Below are positions 1 to 9,547 of a stretch of 64,000 nt of DNA, one piece after another. Origin of the DNA: Deltaproteobacteria bacterium (GTDB lineage: Bacteria; Bdellovibrionota; FAC87; UBA2466). The notes beneath the pieces were generated by a model. That model was not told the DNA's origin. It made no database searches and saw nothing but the letters and a program-made list of their open reading frames with translations. The stretch's first letter is position 1, and each line of letters begins with the position of its first letter. Both the position numbers and the translations under genes were made by a program. The stretch lies in assembly GCA_900299195.1 (NCBI GenBank), contig OMIX01000098.1, forward strand, positions 92,342 to 156,341. Direction: 5' to 3'.

Positions 1-606
1 ATCAACACAGGGAATCCTTTACGTCCCATTTTTTACCAACAACCTTTTCATTACGATGCCAATTCCCAGTATTTACTGATTCTAGGGGGCAGCCAAGGCT
101 CCAAAGCTATTAACGATGCTATTTTAGATTTTCTACCCCGTTTCTTTACAAAGTTTAAAAAAGCTCAAGTTTTTCACCAAACAGGCCAAAGAGACTTTGA
201 CTCCGTAAAACAAAGAACTACGGGAGAACCCTTCCAAGATCGCTATTGCTGTGCCCCTTTTGTGTCCGACATTCCTGCCCTTTATCAAAAGGCCTCCTTG
301 GTCATAGGCCGTTCGGGGGCTTTAACGGTATCAGAACTCATTCAGATGGGGCGACCTGCGATTTTTGTCCCCTACCCTCGACAGGGACAAAATGACCAGA
401 TTACCAATGCTTATCTCATTTCATCCCATGGAGCAGCTCAAGTGGTGGAGCAAGGAGCGGGTTTTTCTGATCGTCTAGAAAAAACAACTCTAGAAATCTT
501 TGAGCCATCAGTGTTAGAAAGAATGGCTCAAGGCTATTCCGCTCTTCGGTTTGGTAATGCTCTTAAGATGATTGCCGACCAAATGGAGTCGATAGCAAAA
601 AGTTAA
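1..606 (+). CDS. murG: UDP-GlcNAc:undecaprenyl-PP-MurNAc-pentapeptide GlcNAc transferase MurG, C-terminal part (5' end lies outside the window)
   Basis: Frame 1 is open from nt 1. The translation contains LILGGSQGSKAIN and a C-terminal GRSGALTVSEL..PYPRQ glycosyltransferase motif. ORF-track piece 262-606 is the tail of this frame. Confidence 0.8.
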   Translation: MNTGNPLRPIFYQQPFHYDANSQYLLILGGSQGSKAINDAILDFLPRFFTKFKKAQVFHQTGQRDFDSVKQRTTGEPFQDRYCCAPFVSDIPALYQKASLVIGRSGALTVSELIQMGRPAIFVPYPRQGQNDQITNAYLISSHGAAQVVEQGAGFSDRLEKTTLEIFEPSVLERMAQGYSALRFGNALKMIADQMESIAKS

Positions 607-634
607 AAAGCTGAAAATGGGTCGGTTATAAAAA

Positions 635-1993
635 ATGTATAATAAAGTCAGCAGGATACATCTGATTGGTATTGGCGGCATTGGTATGAGTGCTATTGCT
701 GAACTCTTACTCCGAGAGGGTTATCAGGTCTCCGGTTCCGACCTTAAAGCCAATGAAATCGTTCGCGGTTTAATTTCTCGCGGGGTGAAGTTTTATCAAG
801 GACACACCCGCGAAAATGTCTTAGATACCGAACTGGTTGTTTATTCCTCCGCCATCAACGAACAAAATCCTGAAATGGCACAAGCATTAAGCCAACAAAC
901 CCCCGTGATTCCTAGAGCGGAAATGTTAGCTGAACTCATGCGCTTAAAATATGGAATTGCCGTAGCCGGAGCTCACGGAAAAACGACTACCACTTCCATG
1001 ATAGCCACCATTCTCATGGAGGGGAATTTGGACCCTACGATTGTCGTCGGAGGGCGCATGGATAACTTCGGAGGGACAAACGCGAGATTAGGTTCAGGGG
1101 AGTTCATGGTTGTGGAAGCCGATGAAAGCGATGGTTCCTTCAACAAATTAAGTCCCAGCATTGCTGTCGTCACTAATATGGATCGAGAACACATGGACTA
1201 CTACAAAACCATGTCTCGACTAAAAAAAGCTTTTCTTTCTTTTCTCAATAAAGTCCCCTTCTACGGTTTAAGTGTGATTTGTGGGGATGACCCTTACTTG
1301 AGAGTTCTATCTTCTAAAATCGATCGAAGAAAAAAAACCTACGGATTTAAAGCTCATAATCATTATCGGGTTCTAAGCTACCAATCTAACTCGAATGGAA
1401 CTCAAAGTTTGATCCAAATGGATCATGAAAAGTTTGAGTTAAATCTTCAAGTGCCAGGACAGCACAATGTTCTTAATGCACTTGCAGCCCTCATTGTCGC
1501 AGAGGAACTTTCCATACCGCGAGACACTGCTCTTTCAGCCCTTAGCAAGTTTCAAGGGGTTCAAAGAAGATTTCAAAAACGTGGGGAAAAAGATGGCGTT
1601 TTATTCATCGATGATTACGCTCATCATCCAAGTGAAATCCGCGCAACTCTTCGAGCGGCTCGAGAGCGCTTTCGAGGAAAAAAAATAAGAGCGGTATTTC
1701 AACCTCATCGATTCAGCCGTGTGGAAGATCTTCTCGATCAGTTTTCGACCTGCTTTAAAGATTGTGACAGCATTGCGGTCACAGATATTTATGCAGCCAA
1801 TGAAGCGCCAGTTCCCGGGCTAGAATCTTCAGTTTTGGTGGATAATATTTCCCAACTAGGTCATCCCAATGCGTTTTATATTAAAACTCCCTTGGAGGGG
1901 GTTGAACAACTCATTAAAGAGAGCCAACCGGGAGATGTCATTTTGACTCTCGGTGCGGGGGACCTCCCTAATGTCTACAAACAGATATTCTGA
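635..1993 (+). CDS. murC: UDP-N-acetylmuramate--L-alanine ligase
   Basis: 452 aa. N-terminal IHLIGIGGIGMSAIAELL and a Mur ligase P-loop GAHGKTTTTSM. Follows murG as in dcw clusters. Confidence 0.9.
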   Translation: MYNKVSRIHLIGIGGIGMSAIAELLLREGYQVSGSDLKANEIVRGLISRGVKFYQGHTRENVLDTELVVYSSAINEQNPEMAQALSQQTPVIPRAEMLAELMRLKYGIAVAGAHGKTTTTSMIATILMEGNLDPTIVVGGRMDNFGGTNARLGSGEFMVVEADESDGSFNKLSPSIAVVTNMDREHMDYYKTMSRLKKAFLSFLNKVPFYGLSVICGDDPYLRVLSSKIDRRKKTYGFKAHNHYRVLSYQSNSNGTQSLIQMDHEKFELNLQVPGQHNVLNALAALIVAEELSIPRDTALSALSKFQGVQRRFQKRGEKDGVLFIDDYAHHPSEIRATLRAARERFRGKKIRAVFQPHRFSRVEDLLDQFSTCFKDCDSIAVTDIYAANEAPVPGLESSVLVDNISQLGHPNAFYIKTPLEGVEQLIKESQPGDVILTLGAGDLPNVYKQIF

Positions 1994-2930
1994 TCTTTTC
2001 CCCCTCTTTCTACAAAAGTTGGGGGACCGAGCTAAGTTTGATGCTCCTTTAGCGCCTTATGTGGCTTACAACGTTGGCGGACCTGCAGATATTTTAGTTT
2101 TTCCTACCACCGAGGAAGAACTTATTTGGATTGATCAAATCGCAAAACAACATCAAGTGCCTCTGACTGTGATTGGCACGGGAACTAACTTATTGGTTGT
2201 AGATTCTGGAATTCGCGGGATTGCGATTTCATTAGCCCACGCCTTTCAAGAGATTGAACAAATTCCCCATTCACCGGAAAACAGAGTGTGGGTTCGCTGC
2301 GGAGGCGGAGTGTTAAAGCCTCAGCTTCTTGAATGGGCCATCCATAAAGGCCTGACCGGATTAGAGTTTAGCTCAGGTGTTCCAGGTACGATTGGTGGTG
2401 GCATTTACATGAATGCAGGTACCAAATATGGGTGTTATGGTGATATTCTTAAAGAGTTACGGTTTTACGACTTTAAAAACGGGTTCAAACAACTAAAAAG
2501 AGATGAGCTTCATTTTTCGTATCGAGAGTCGGAAGTAAGAAACAGCTTAGTGATTTGGGCAACTTTCGAACTCAAATACGGGAACGCAAAAGATATCAGG
2601 GCCGAAGTCGACCGAATTATTCAGGAACGAGCAGATAAGCAACCCCTCGATTATCCCAGTTGCGGTTCTACTTTTAAAAATGGACCCAACTATTCAAGTG
2701 GAAGGTTAATCGAAAAAGCCGGCCTAAAAGGTCTTAAAGTGGGTGGGGCCGAAATTTCGACAAAACATGCAAACTTTATTTTAAACAAGGGAAATGCAAC
2801 TGCGAAAGACATACTAACATTGATAGACATCATCAAAGTACGCGTACATGAACAATTTGGAGTCAATCTAGAGTGCGAAGTCTGCGTATTGGGAGACGAC
2901 CTTGAAAGAACGAAACCGGAAAAGACTTGA
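1953..2930 (+). CDS. murB: UDP-N-acetylenolpyruvoylglucosamine reductase
   Basis: 325 aa with an FAD-binding MurB-like sequence (GGPADILVFP, GTGTNLLV, CGSTFKN). Overlaps the end of murC. Confidence 0.85.
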   Translation: MRGTSLMSTNRYSDLFPLFLQKLGDRAKFDAPLAPYVAYNVGGPADILVFPTTEEELIWIDQIAKQHQVPLTVIGTGTNLLVVDSGIRGIAISLAHAFQEIEQIPHSPENRVWVRCGGGVLKPQLLEWAIHKGLTGLEFSSGVPGTIGGGIYMNAGTKYGCYGDILKELRFYDFKNGFKQLKRDELHFSYRESEVRNSLVIWATFELKYGNAKDIRAEVDRIIQERADKQPLDYPSCGSTFKNGPNYSSGRLIEKAGLKGLKVGGAEISTKHANFILNKGNATAKDILTLIDIIKVRVHEQFGVNLECEVCVLGDDLERTKPEKT

Positions 2931-4140
2931 GTTCAGCAAAACAGCCTTGGTTTGCAGCGGGGGCGCCACCAAAGCGGCGGCTTTTCATATTGGGGTTTGC
3001 CTAGCTCTCCGGGACAGGGAGTTTTCCTTTGTAGGTGGGCTTTCAGAAACGATCCCACCTGTAGACTGTTATCCTTTTCCTCGTCCGAAATATCATCCTA
3101 GACAAATCGCAACCTATGTAGGTTCAAGTGCTGGTGCCTTGATTGTAACAATGCTAGCGGCTGGAGTGAGTATTGAATCGGTGATCAATTCCTTTGCAGA
3201 AAGTACCAAATTTAAAATCCCTGGAACTTTTCGTAGCATCCCAAGAATCCAATACCGAGACATGTTGTCTTTTAATTGGCCTTCAAAATCCGGTTTATAT
3301 AACCTTTTTAAAAAACGACCCGTTCTTGGAAAGACCTTGGAGTCTTTGATTCTGGGCAATTTAAAAACACCAGGGTTATTCACAACCCAAGGACTCGCTG
3401 ATTATTTAAAAAACTATATTTTACCGACAGAGCACTTTCATGAGTTGAAGCCAGATCTTTTTGTGGTCGGCACTCAATTAGATCACTCAAGAAAAATGGT
3501 CTTTGGTCGATTTGGAACGGAAAAAACTTTTGATGAATATTGTCAATACGCTTCAAATGCAAAAATTTCTGAGGCTGTAGCCGCATCCATGTCTCTTCCT
3601 TTGATCTACTCCCCATTCAAAGTAAAGCATGGAGAGGCAAAAAGTAGGTACTACATCGACGGGGAAATTAGAGAAACTTTATCCACTCATGTAGCTAAAG
3701 AGAACGCCTGCGACCTCATTATTTGCTCCTATACTCATCAACCCTATCACTACAAACAAGAAATTGGGTCTCTCAACCAATATGGGTTACCCTCTATCAT
3801 TATTCAAAGCCTATACCAGGCGATCGAGCAGAAAGTTTACGGAGCCAAAAAGGCTCATGAAAATAAAAAAGCGGCCGTTGAAACGGTACGAGAGTTTTTT
3901 CAACAAAAAAAATACCCAACCGAAGAGCTCGAGGAACTCGTCGCTAAGTTACAGGAGAGAATCGACTTTAATGAAAAGCTTAACTATCTGTTCATTCATC
4001 CTGAACCCAAGGACAGAGAGATGTTTTTCGGAGAGCACTTCACCTTAAAACCTGAGGTCCTTCAAAACGTCGTATCTATCGGTTACAAACGAGCGATGGC
4101 GGAACTAAGAAAGTACGAATTGGTTCCCGTCTCCTACTAG
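2902..4140 (+). CDS. Patatin-like phospholipase
   Basis: Oxyanion motif CSGGATKAAAF, GxSxG nucleophile (VGSSAGAL) and a DGE catalytic Asp region (YIDGEIRE). The predicted start is TTG, overlapping the last 29 nt of murB, so the start is uncertain. Confidence 0.65.
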   Translation: MKERNRKRLEFSKTALVCSGGATKAAAFHIGVCLALRDREFSFVGGLSETIPPVDCYPFPRPKYHPRQIATYVGSSAGALIVTMLAAGVSIESVINSFAESTKFKIPGTFRSIPRIQYRDMLSFNWPSKSGLYNLFKKRPVLGKTLESLILGNLKTPGLFTTQGLADYLKNYILPTEHFHELKPDLFVVGTQLDHSRKMVFGRFGTEKTFDEYCQYASNAKISEAVAASMSLPLIYSPFKVKHGEAKSRYYIDGEIRETLSTHVAKENACDLIICSYTHQPYHYKQEIGSLNQYGLPSIIIQSLYQAIEQKVYGAKKAHENKKAAVETVREFFQQKKYPTEELEELVAKLQERIDFNEKLNYLFIHPEPKDREMFFGEHFTLKPEVLQNVVSIGYKRAMAELRKYELVPVSY

Positions 4141-4269
4141 ACTACTCCATGGCATGATGCTTGCCTTCTAAGCATACCAGCCACCCGGTTTTATCGGGGC
4201 TACAGGCACAAAACTGTATCGGCTTCTAACAATGGTGACAGTTTTTGTCCCCAGACGAAGGATTTCATT

Positions 4270-5550
4270 TTGAGCAAGAGTCATTCGCATTCTAAGAAGA
4301 GACACAACCCTATTTGGCAAAAACAACTTTTTGTAGTTACATTTTTGAGTGCGCTTTTGGTGGTCGGCTTCTCTGTTCCCAATCAATCAAACAGACCCAC
4401 TTCGATCGAACTGATTCGTCAATCGAACCAAAACTTAAAGAACCTGCCTAGCGCAAAAAAAACCTTATCTGATAATCCTTGGGATTATTTTCACCCTACT
4501 TGGGTTAAAGATGCCCCTTGGACACTCGTGGCAACTTCAAATTCCGATGATGATTCAATTTCTTTTTCAAAAGCTGAAGCCTTGATTGAAGACCCCGACA
4601 ACAGAATTGAGAAGGAGTTTTTACCCTCTCAGGAACTCAAAGGCCGAGTCCAATTTTGGATAGATATTTATTCTCGTTTCAGCAGCAAAACACGGGTTAT
4701 CCACGATCGTCGACATCCGGAAGTGATGTTTGGCTACATGGATTTTAGACCCCTTTTTCGGAGTATGCCCTCTCCAGTCGCGGCTGAAATTAGATCGAGC
4801 CAGTTTGAAAAGAGAATACTAAAAGACCTCCGAGCGAGACTTGATGAGGCTGCGGGACTCTCCAAAACGTCTTATCTTTCTCTTGAAGAAAAACAAGCGA
4901 TTCAATCGTTTTTATCTCGAAGCGGAGCCTTAGACAAAGCTAGCTACCAAAAACTTATCAAAAACATTCGAACCCAAACGGGTCAGTCAGATATTTTCTT
5001 GATGGCTCTTCAGCGGTCCAAATATTTGCTGCCACATATTGAAAGTGTTTTCAAACAACAGGGGCTACCTGTGGCACTAGCCCGTATACCTTTTGTAGAA
5101 TCTTCTTTTAATGCTCAGGCTCTTACTAAAATTGGAGCAGTCGGCATTTGGCAATTTACACCGGAAACTGCCAGGGAACTCATCCACGCTGAACAGGAAC
5201 ATTTGTGGTCTGACCCCTTAAGACAGACAAAAAGCGCCGCAAGACTTCTCAAGCTTTATCGTTCGGTTTTGCCTGATTGGGGAACGGCTATTACATCTTA
5301 TAACTCTGGGGTGGGTAGAATTCGAAGGATTGTTGAGAAATACAAAATTTCCAACGTATCAGGTTTAGTTGATTTGAGTCATAACGACACTCTGGGATTT
5401 GCAGGAAAGAACTTTTATAGCGAATTTCTAGCCGCTAACTTTGTTGAAGCCTACAAGGAAAATCTCTTCGGGCAGTTACTACATTCCATGGAGAGCTCGT
5501 TGGTATTCAAAAGTAATGGTGCCACCCCAAAAGAACTCTGTGATCTTTGA
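4270..5550 (+). CDS. Membrane-anchored lytic murein transglycosylase (SLT domain)
   Basis: N-terminal hydrophobic anchor. C-terminal SLT motif ES.FN..A....GA.G..QF.. (VESSFNAQALTKIGAVGIWQFTPETAREL). Confidence 0.6.
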   Translation: MSKSHSHSKKRHNPIWQKQLFVVTFLSALLVVGFSVPNQSNRPTSIELIRQSNQNLKNLPSAKKTLSDNPWDYFHPTWVKDAPWTLVATSNSDDDSISFSKAEALIEDPDNRIEKEFLPSQELKGRVQFWIDIYSRFSSKTRVIHDRRHPEVMFGYMDFRPLFRSMPSPVAAEIRSSQFEKRILKDLRARLDEAAGLSKTSYLSLEEKQAIQSFLSRSGALDKASYQKLIKNIRTQTGQSDIFLMALQRSKYLLPHIESVFKQQGLPVALARIPFVESSFNAQALTKIGAVGIWQFTPETARELIHAEQEHLWSDPLRQTKSAARLLKLYRSVLPDWGTAITSYNSGVGRIRRIVEKYKISNVSGLVDLSHNDTLGFAGKNFYSEFLAANFVEAYKENLFGQLLHSMESSLVFKSNGATPKELCDL

Positions 5551-5564
5551 GCCTACGCACGATT

Positions 5565-8345
5565 TTAATTTACAACTACAGACACTCTTTCCACACCCAC
5601 TCTAACGATGTGACTACGAAAAGCTTTTCCGTTTTCGTCTTTCATTTTCAGAAGGTACTCACCTGGAGCTAGATTAAAAAATGCAAAGCCTGGGTCTGTG
5701 GAAGTGAGAGCGTAAGCGGCATTTGATTTGGGAATCTGACTTAGAGAGAAGGGGCCATGTTCATTTGAAACCGGAAGACCTTTTATATCAAAAAGCTCCA
5801 GCTTCAGTTGCTTTCTGGATTTGTTAAACATGGAGCTGTGTGCACCACCCACAATAACACCAGTGTTTTTCTCGTGTCGAACTCTAGCAATTCGGCTTGC
5901 GCTTTCTTTGATCAAATCTCGTTCCATCATGTAAAAATAATTTTCTTTGATGGAATCTCGAACACTCCAAGGAACGGTAAACCAAGTAGTGGGATACCCT
6001 TCCGCTTGAGCCTCTAAAGTAATAACCCCAGGTGGAAGATCGAGCCCATCCAGCTTAAACTTGCCATTGGACTCGGTAGCTTCTGCTTCTTTGGAGTCAC
6101 CCACCAGCTGAAGAGAACCAAATACAGGCTTACGCAAAAACGGGTCGGTTAGACTCCCCACAAGATCCCGACTTCCGCCTCTTCCTAACTCTACAAAGTA
6201 GCCATAATCAGGTAGTAGTGTAAGAAGCAAAGAATGTTTGTCGATCGAACGAGCAATCGATCTTATGGAGGGTTCCACATTATAAAATCCAAACAATCCG
6301 GTATCTAGGGTTGTTTTCTGGTTAATGTCAGGAAGTGCGCCAAAATAGACAGCCGATCCTTTTCGGTGAGACAAAGACAATGTTTCTCCCGCAAGCGGAC
6401 TGCGAGATTTGATGTCATAGACTCTTCCCATCACCACACTCTTCTCAGCTTGCTGTGGCTTCTTAGTAAAGAACTGGGTTACCACTTCAACTTTATCCTT
6501 CTGGATCAAGTAAAGAGGTGCGTAGGAGGCCGTTGAGAAAATCGGTACAATTTGTCTGGTGGGATAATAACCAGGGGCTCTCGCCTCAACCAGCAATTCA
6601 GAAGCCACTGGAACACTGGGGATTCTAATATTACCCTCTTTGTCGACAGGGAATCTTCCAAGCTCTGGATAACCCACAACAGTCACTTCGCCTGCTTTTA
6701 GGGTTTTGGGGCTTCGATAACTTCCGGGAGCACCGTCGAATAGTGTTAGATTTAGAGGGACAGTCTCACTTAGTCTCTGACTCTCAGAACGCCCCGGAGC
6801 TGTAGAAATAGCTGTGTGACTTACTTCGAACTTTATTTTTTCCTTATAGTTTTCAGAAGAAATGACTTTAGAGTACATCACCTGAGCAACTGGAACTGCA
6901 GACGCCGGAGTATAAACCCCGGCCACTAAACGATATTTTCCCTTCATTCCGGTTCCATCAAACTCAAACTGGTTGCCTGAACCCGGGAACTGGTAGTCCA
7001 TTAAAAAGACTGTGTCCTGGGGGTCCTTACTTCCCACTCGGTTGAGAAAGAGCTCGATATGCCCTTTTTGAGAGTTAAGCCAGTTGATAGCGGAATCGTC
7101 GACTTGAAGCTCTCCATAGAATACTCCGCCGGAAGAGTGGTCAGAGGAATCCTCTTCAGAGGGATCTTTTTGATTATTCACCCCGCGAGATTCGCTGACG
7201 GGTTCTACCGAGTTCACTTGAGTATTCAAAATCTTGGATTTGGCCAATTGAACCGTTTTCTCAAAAGTGTTTTCGAAGTCGTCACCCACAGAAGCAAGCT
7301 TAGGTCTCAATTCCAATTTGGGGGGCGATTCCAACTTCAGACCTCCATCCATCGGTTGACCCAACTCCTGATCAGCTTGCCTTTTTTCCTGCTGCTTTGA
7401 CTCTGCTTCGTTTTGGGTGCGCTCAACTTCTGGAGCTAATTTGGAAATCTGGCTATCCGTAATCTCTTCAAGCACCGAATCGGTTTTAGGTTTTTCGATT
7501 TTAAAGTTGTTTTGAATATCCCTTAATTGAGCAACTTTTGGGATGTCGGTGATCTTTGCCCATGCCATTTTGGCTTTTGGAGATTGAATATCAGAGACCC
7601 GTTTGACCTCACTCTTTTTGATGTTTTGTAAACTCTCTTCAAGATCGGCGAAGGATATCTTTTGAAAGAGACTTTCTCTTACCATCAGAGGTCTTTCTGT
7701 TTCAAATTCAAAATCAGAATGTAAAAGAGAACGGATCTGAACTAAAGCTACTAAAGGGTTGGAGTCGAAATTATCACTTAGTGAATTTTCTGAAAATGAA
7801 GACTTGGCTAATTCATCAAGGGGACTTGGATTATCTAATCCGTCTTGGCTATTCAATTCTGGATTCTCAATATCATCTATAATCCACTGAGGAAGTACGA
7901 TCCGTTTTGATAATTTAAGTTGTTTCTCTGTTTTTTTCTTTAGGCTTTGAGCCTTATTGATTTTAGTTGCTAAAGCCTGCTTACTGTTGACCCTTGAAAG
8001 TTTTAATTCTTTTTTGTCCTCTTGATGAGCTGCGGATAAATTGGATTGGTATTTACCCAAACCTTCGAAAACTCGATGACAGCGGCTCAGCCCTAAACTA
8101 GGTCCCTGACTTACTGGGTTAACTTCTGCTTGTGAGAGGGTTTCATTTTTCTTGAGGTCGATATCTACTTTTTGAGTTTCTAAAGTGGCGGCTTTTAGTT
8201 TCGGAGCGACTCGCTTCGCATGTCTTTTGTGGGGAACCTTTGGGGTCACAGGAGTTTGAAATTTGACTAGAACAAAAGAGCAAAACACGGCCACAACCGC
8301 GATGACTTTAGGAAAAGAAAGCCAGGTTTTGCTTTGCTTGGACAC
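5565..8345 (-). CDS. Large membrane-anchored envelope protein with an acidic low-complexity linker and C-terminal tandem carboxypeptidase-regulatory-like beta-sandwich repeats
   Basis: 926-aa ORF with an N-terminal TM segment (VIAVVAVFCSFVLV) and a long Ser/Asp/Glu/Lys-rich disordered middle. The C-terminal about 450 aa carries repeated G.V.D..G.PL.G..V/TD..G.F.L motifs typical of CarboxypepD_reg or transthyretin-like domains. Confidence 0.5.
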   Translation of the reverse strand: MSKQSKTWLSFPKVIAVVAVFCSFVLVKFQTPVTPKVPHKRHAKRVAPKLKAATLETQKVDIDLKKNETLSQAEVNPVSQGPSLGLSRCHRVFEGLGKYQSNLSAAHQEDKKELKLSRVNSKQALATKINKAQSLKKKTEKQLKLSKRIVLPQWIIDDIENPELNSQDGLDNPSPLDELAKSSFSENSLSDNFDSNPLVALVQIRSLLHSDFEFETERPLMVRESLFQKISFADLEESLQNIKKSEVKRVSDIQSPKAKMAWAKITDIPKVAQLRDIQNNFKIEKPKTDSVLEEITDSQISKLAPEVERTQNEAESKQQEKRQADQELGQPMDGGLKLESPPKLELRPKLASVGDDFENTFEKTVQLAKSKILNTQVNSVEPVSESRGVNNQKDPSEEDSSDHSSGGVFYGELQVDDSAINWLNSQKGHIELFLNRVGSKDPQDTVFLMDYQFPGSGNQFEFDGTGMKGKYRLVAGVYTPASAVPVAQVMYSKVISSENYKEKIKFEVSHTAISTAPGRSESQRLSETVPLNLTLFDGAPGSYRSPKTLKAGEVTVVGYPELGRFPVDKEGNIRIPSVPVASELLVEARAPGYYPTRQIVPIFSTASYAPLYLIQKDKVEVVTQFFTKKPQQAEKSVVMGRVYDIKSRSPLAGETLSLSHRKGSAVYFGALPDINQKTTLDTGLFGFYNVEPSIRSIARSIDKHSLLLTLLPDYGYFVELGRGGSRDLVGSLTDPFLRKPVFGSLQLVGDSKEAEATESNGKFKLDGLDLPPGVITLEAQAEGYPTTWFTVPWSVRDSIKENYFYMMERDLIKESASRIARVRHEKNTGVIVGGAHSSMFNKSRKQLKLELFDIKGLPVSNEHGPFSLSQIPKSNAAYALTSTDPGFAFFNLAPGEYLLKMKDENGKAFRSHIVRVGVERVSVVVN

Positions 8346-8526
8346 CGATTCACATCCCTGTGTTTCAGTCGAGATTAAATTTCTGGATTTTGTCTTAAGA
8401 AGAGAAGAGAGATAAAAAAAGAATTCTTCTTCTTCAGTATATAATTCGGCAGATTTTTTTCAACTCTTTAAATAAAATAAACTATTGATTTTACTGAATA
8501 TTCTGATTATCCTGAGAGTTAAGCCT

Positions 8527-9543
8527 ATGACTACCCAAGCCTCCATTCAAAAATGGATATCAAATTGGCTACTCAGTCAGCGACTATCCACCGATTTTTC
8601 TACCCATTTACTATTGGGAGACGGTTCTTCACGGTCGTTCTACCGAGTTTTAGGAAAAAATCAGAGTTATATTTTAATCTCTGATCCTCAATGGACTCAG
8701 ACTCAAGATTATCCCTCACATCAACAGTTTCTAGAAACTCTTGGACTTCCTGTTCCAAAATTTTTGAATTATGAGGCATCCCTTGGGTTTCTTTTAATGC
8801 AGGATTTAGGAGATGAGCTACTTCAGTTTAGAATAAATTCCGATCCCAAAAGCAAACTCGCTTGGTTAAAAGCCGCGATATCCTTGTTGGCCGATCTTCA
8901 CGGAAAAACTTTCCCGGTGCCTGAAAATCTTCCCGTTACAAGCCGATTTTTTGATGCGGATAAATATTTTTCTGAACTTCAATACACATTAGAATATTTA
9001 CATCAGAAACTTCTCAATGGTTCCCGAACAAGCGATTCTAACCTTAAAGAACTAGCTAACTTCTGCCGCACTATCGCTCAAATTGAGCCTTCTGTATTTT
9101 CCCATCGAGACTACCACTGTCGAAACATGATTATTCAAAACAACCAATTGTGGTTGATTGATTTTCAGGATGCTCGAATGGGGGCACCTCATTATGATGT
9201 CGCTAGTTTGTTATATGATGCTTATGTGCCACTTAATGACATTGACCGACAAGAGCTTTTAAAAACTTACCGAAATCAGATTAGCCAGTATGCGGTTGGG
9301 CAAAAGATTTCCTGGCATATTTTTGAAAGTGATCTGAAGCAGGTGGCTTTTCAGCGCACTCTGAAGGCTGCAGGATCTTTTGCCTCTTTTTTTATTAGAT
9401 TTGGTAAAGTCACCCACTGGCCTTATCTGATCCCCGCACTAAACTCTGCTCTTCATCTTCAGAAGTCGGGTTACGGAGTTAAGTCTAGCGTTATCGACAT
9501 TGAGAAATGGATAGCCTTAATCTCTCAGATAAAGATACAATAA
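8527..9543 (+). CDS. APH-family anomeric sugar kinase (AmgK/NahK-like MurNAc/GlcNAc or hexosamine 1-kinase)
   Basis: Brenner motif HRDYHCRNMII and IDFQDA, characteristic of aminoglycoside-phosphotransferase-fold sugar kinases. Likely start is MTTQ at 8527, downstream of a GAGAG RBS; the ORF-track start is 8485. Confidence 0.5.
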   Translation: MTTQASIQKWISNWLLSQRLSTDFSTHLLLGDGSSRSFYRVLGKNQSYILISDPQWTQTQDYPSHQQFLETLGLPVPKFLNYEASLGFLLMQDLGDELLQFRINSDPKSKLAWLKAAISLLADLHGKTFPVPENLPVTSRFFDADKYFSELQYTLEYLHQKLLNGSRTSDSNLKELANFCRTIAQIEPSVFSHRDYHCRNMIIQNNQLWLIDFQDARMGAPHYDVASLLYDAYVPLNDIDRQELLKTYRNQISQYAVGQKISWHIFESDLKQVAFQRTLKAAGSFASFFIRFGKVTHWPYLIPALNSALHLQKSGYGVKSSVIDIEKWIALISQIKIQ

Positions 9544-9547
9544 CAAA

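Noticed and set aside
4168-4386. A 72-aa minus-strand ORF overlapping the start of the lytic transglycosylase gene.
   Set aside because: It has no motif, overlaps the plus-strand gene's N-terminus, and sits in the short patatin/transglycosylase spacer. It is judged spurious.
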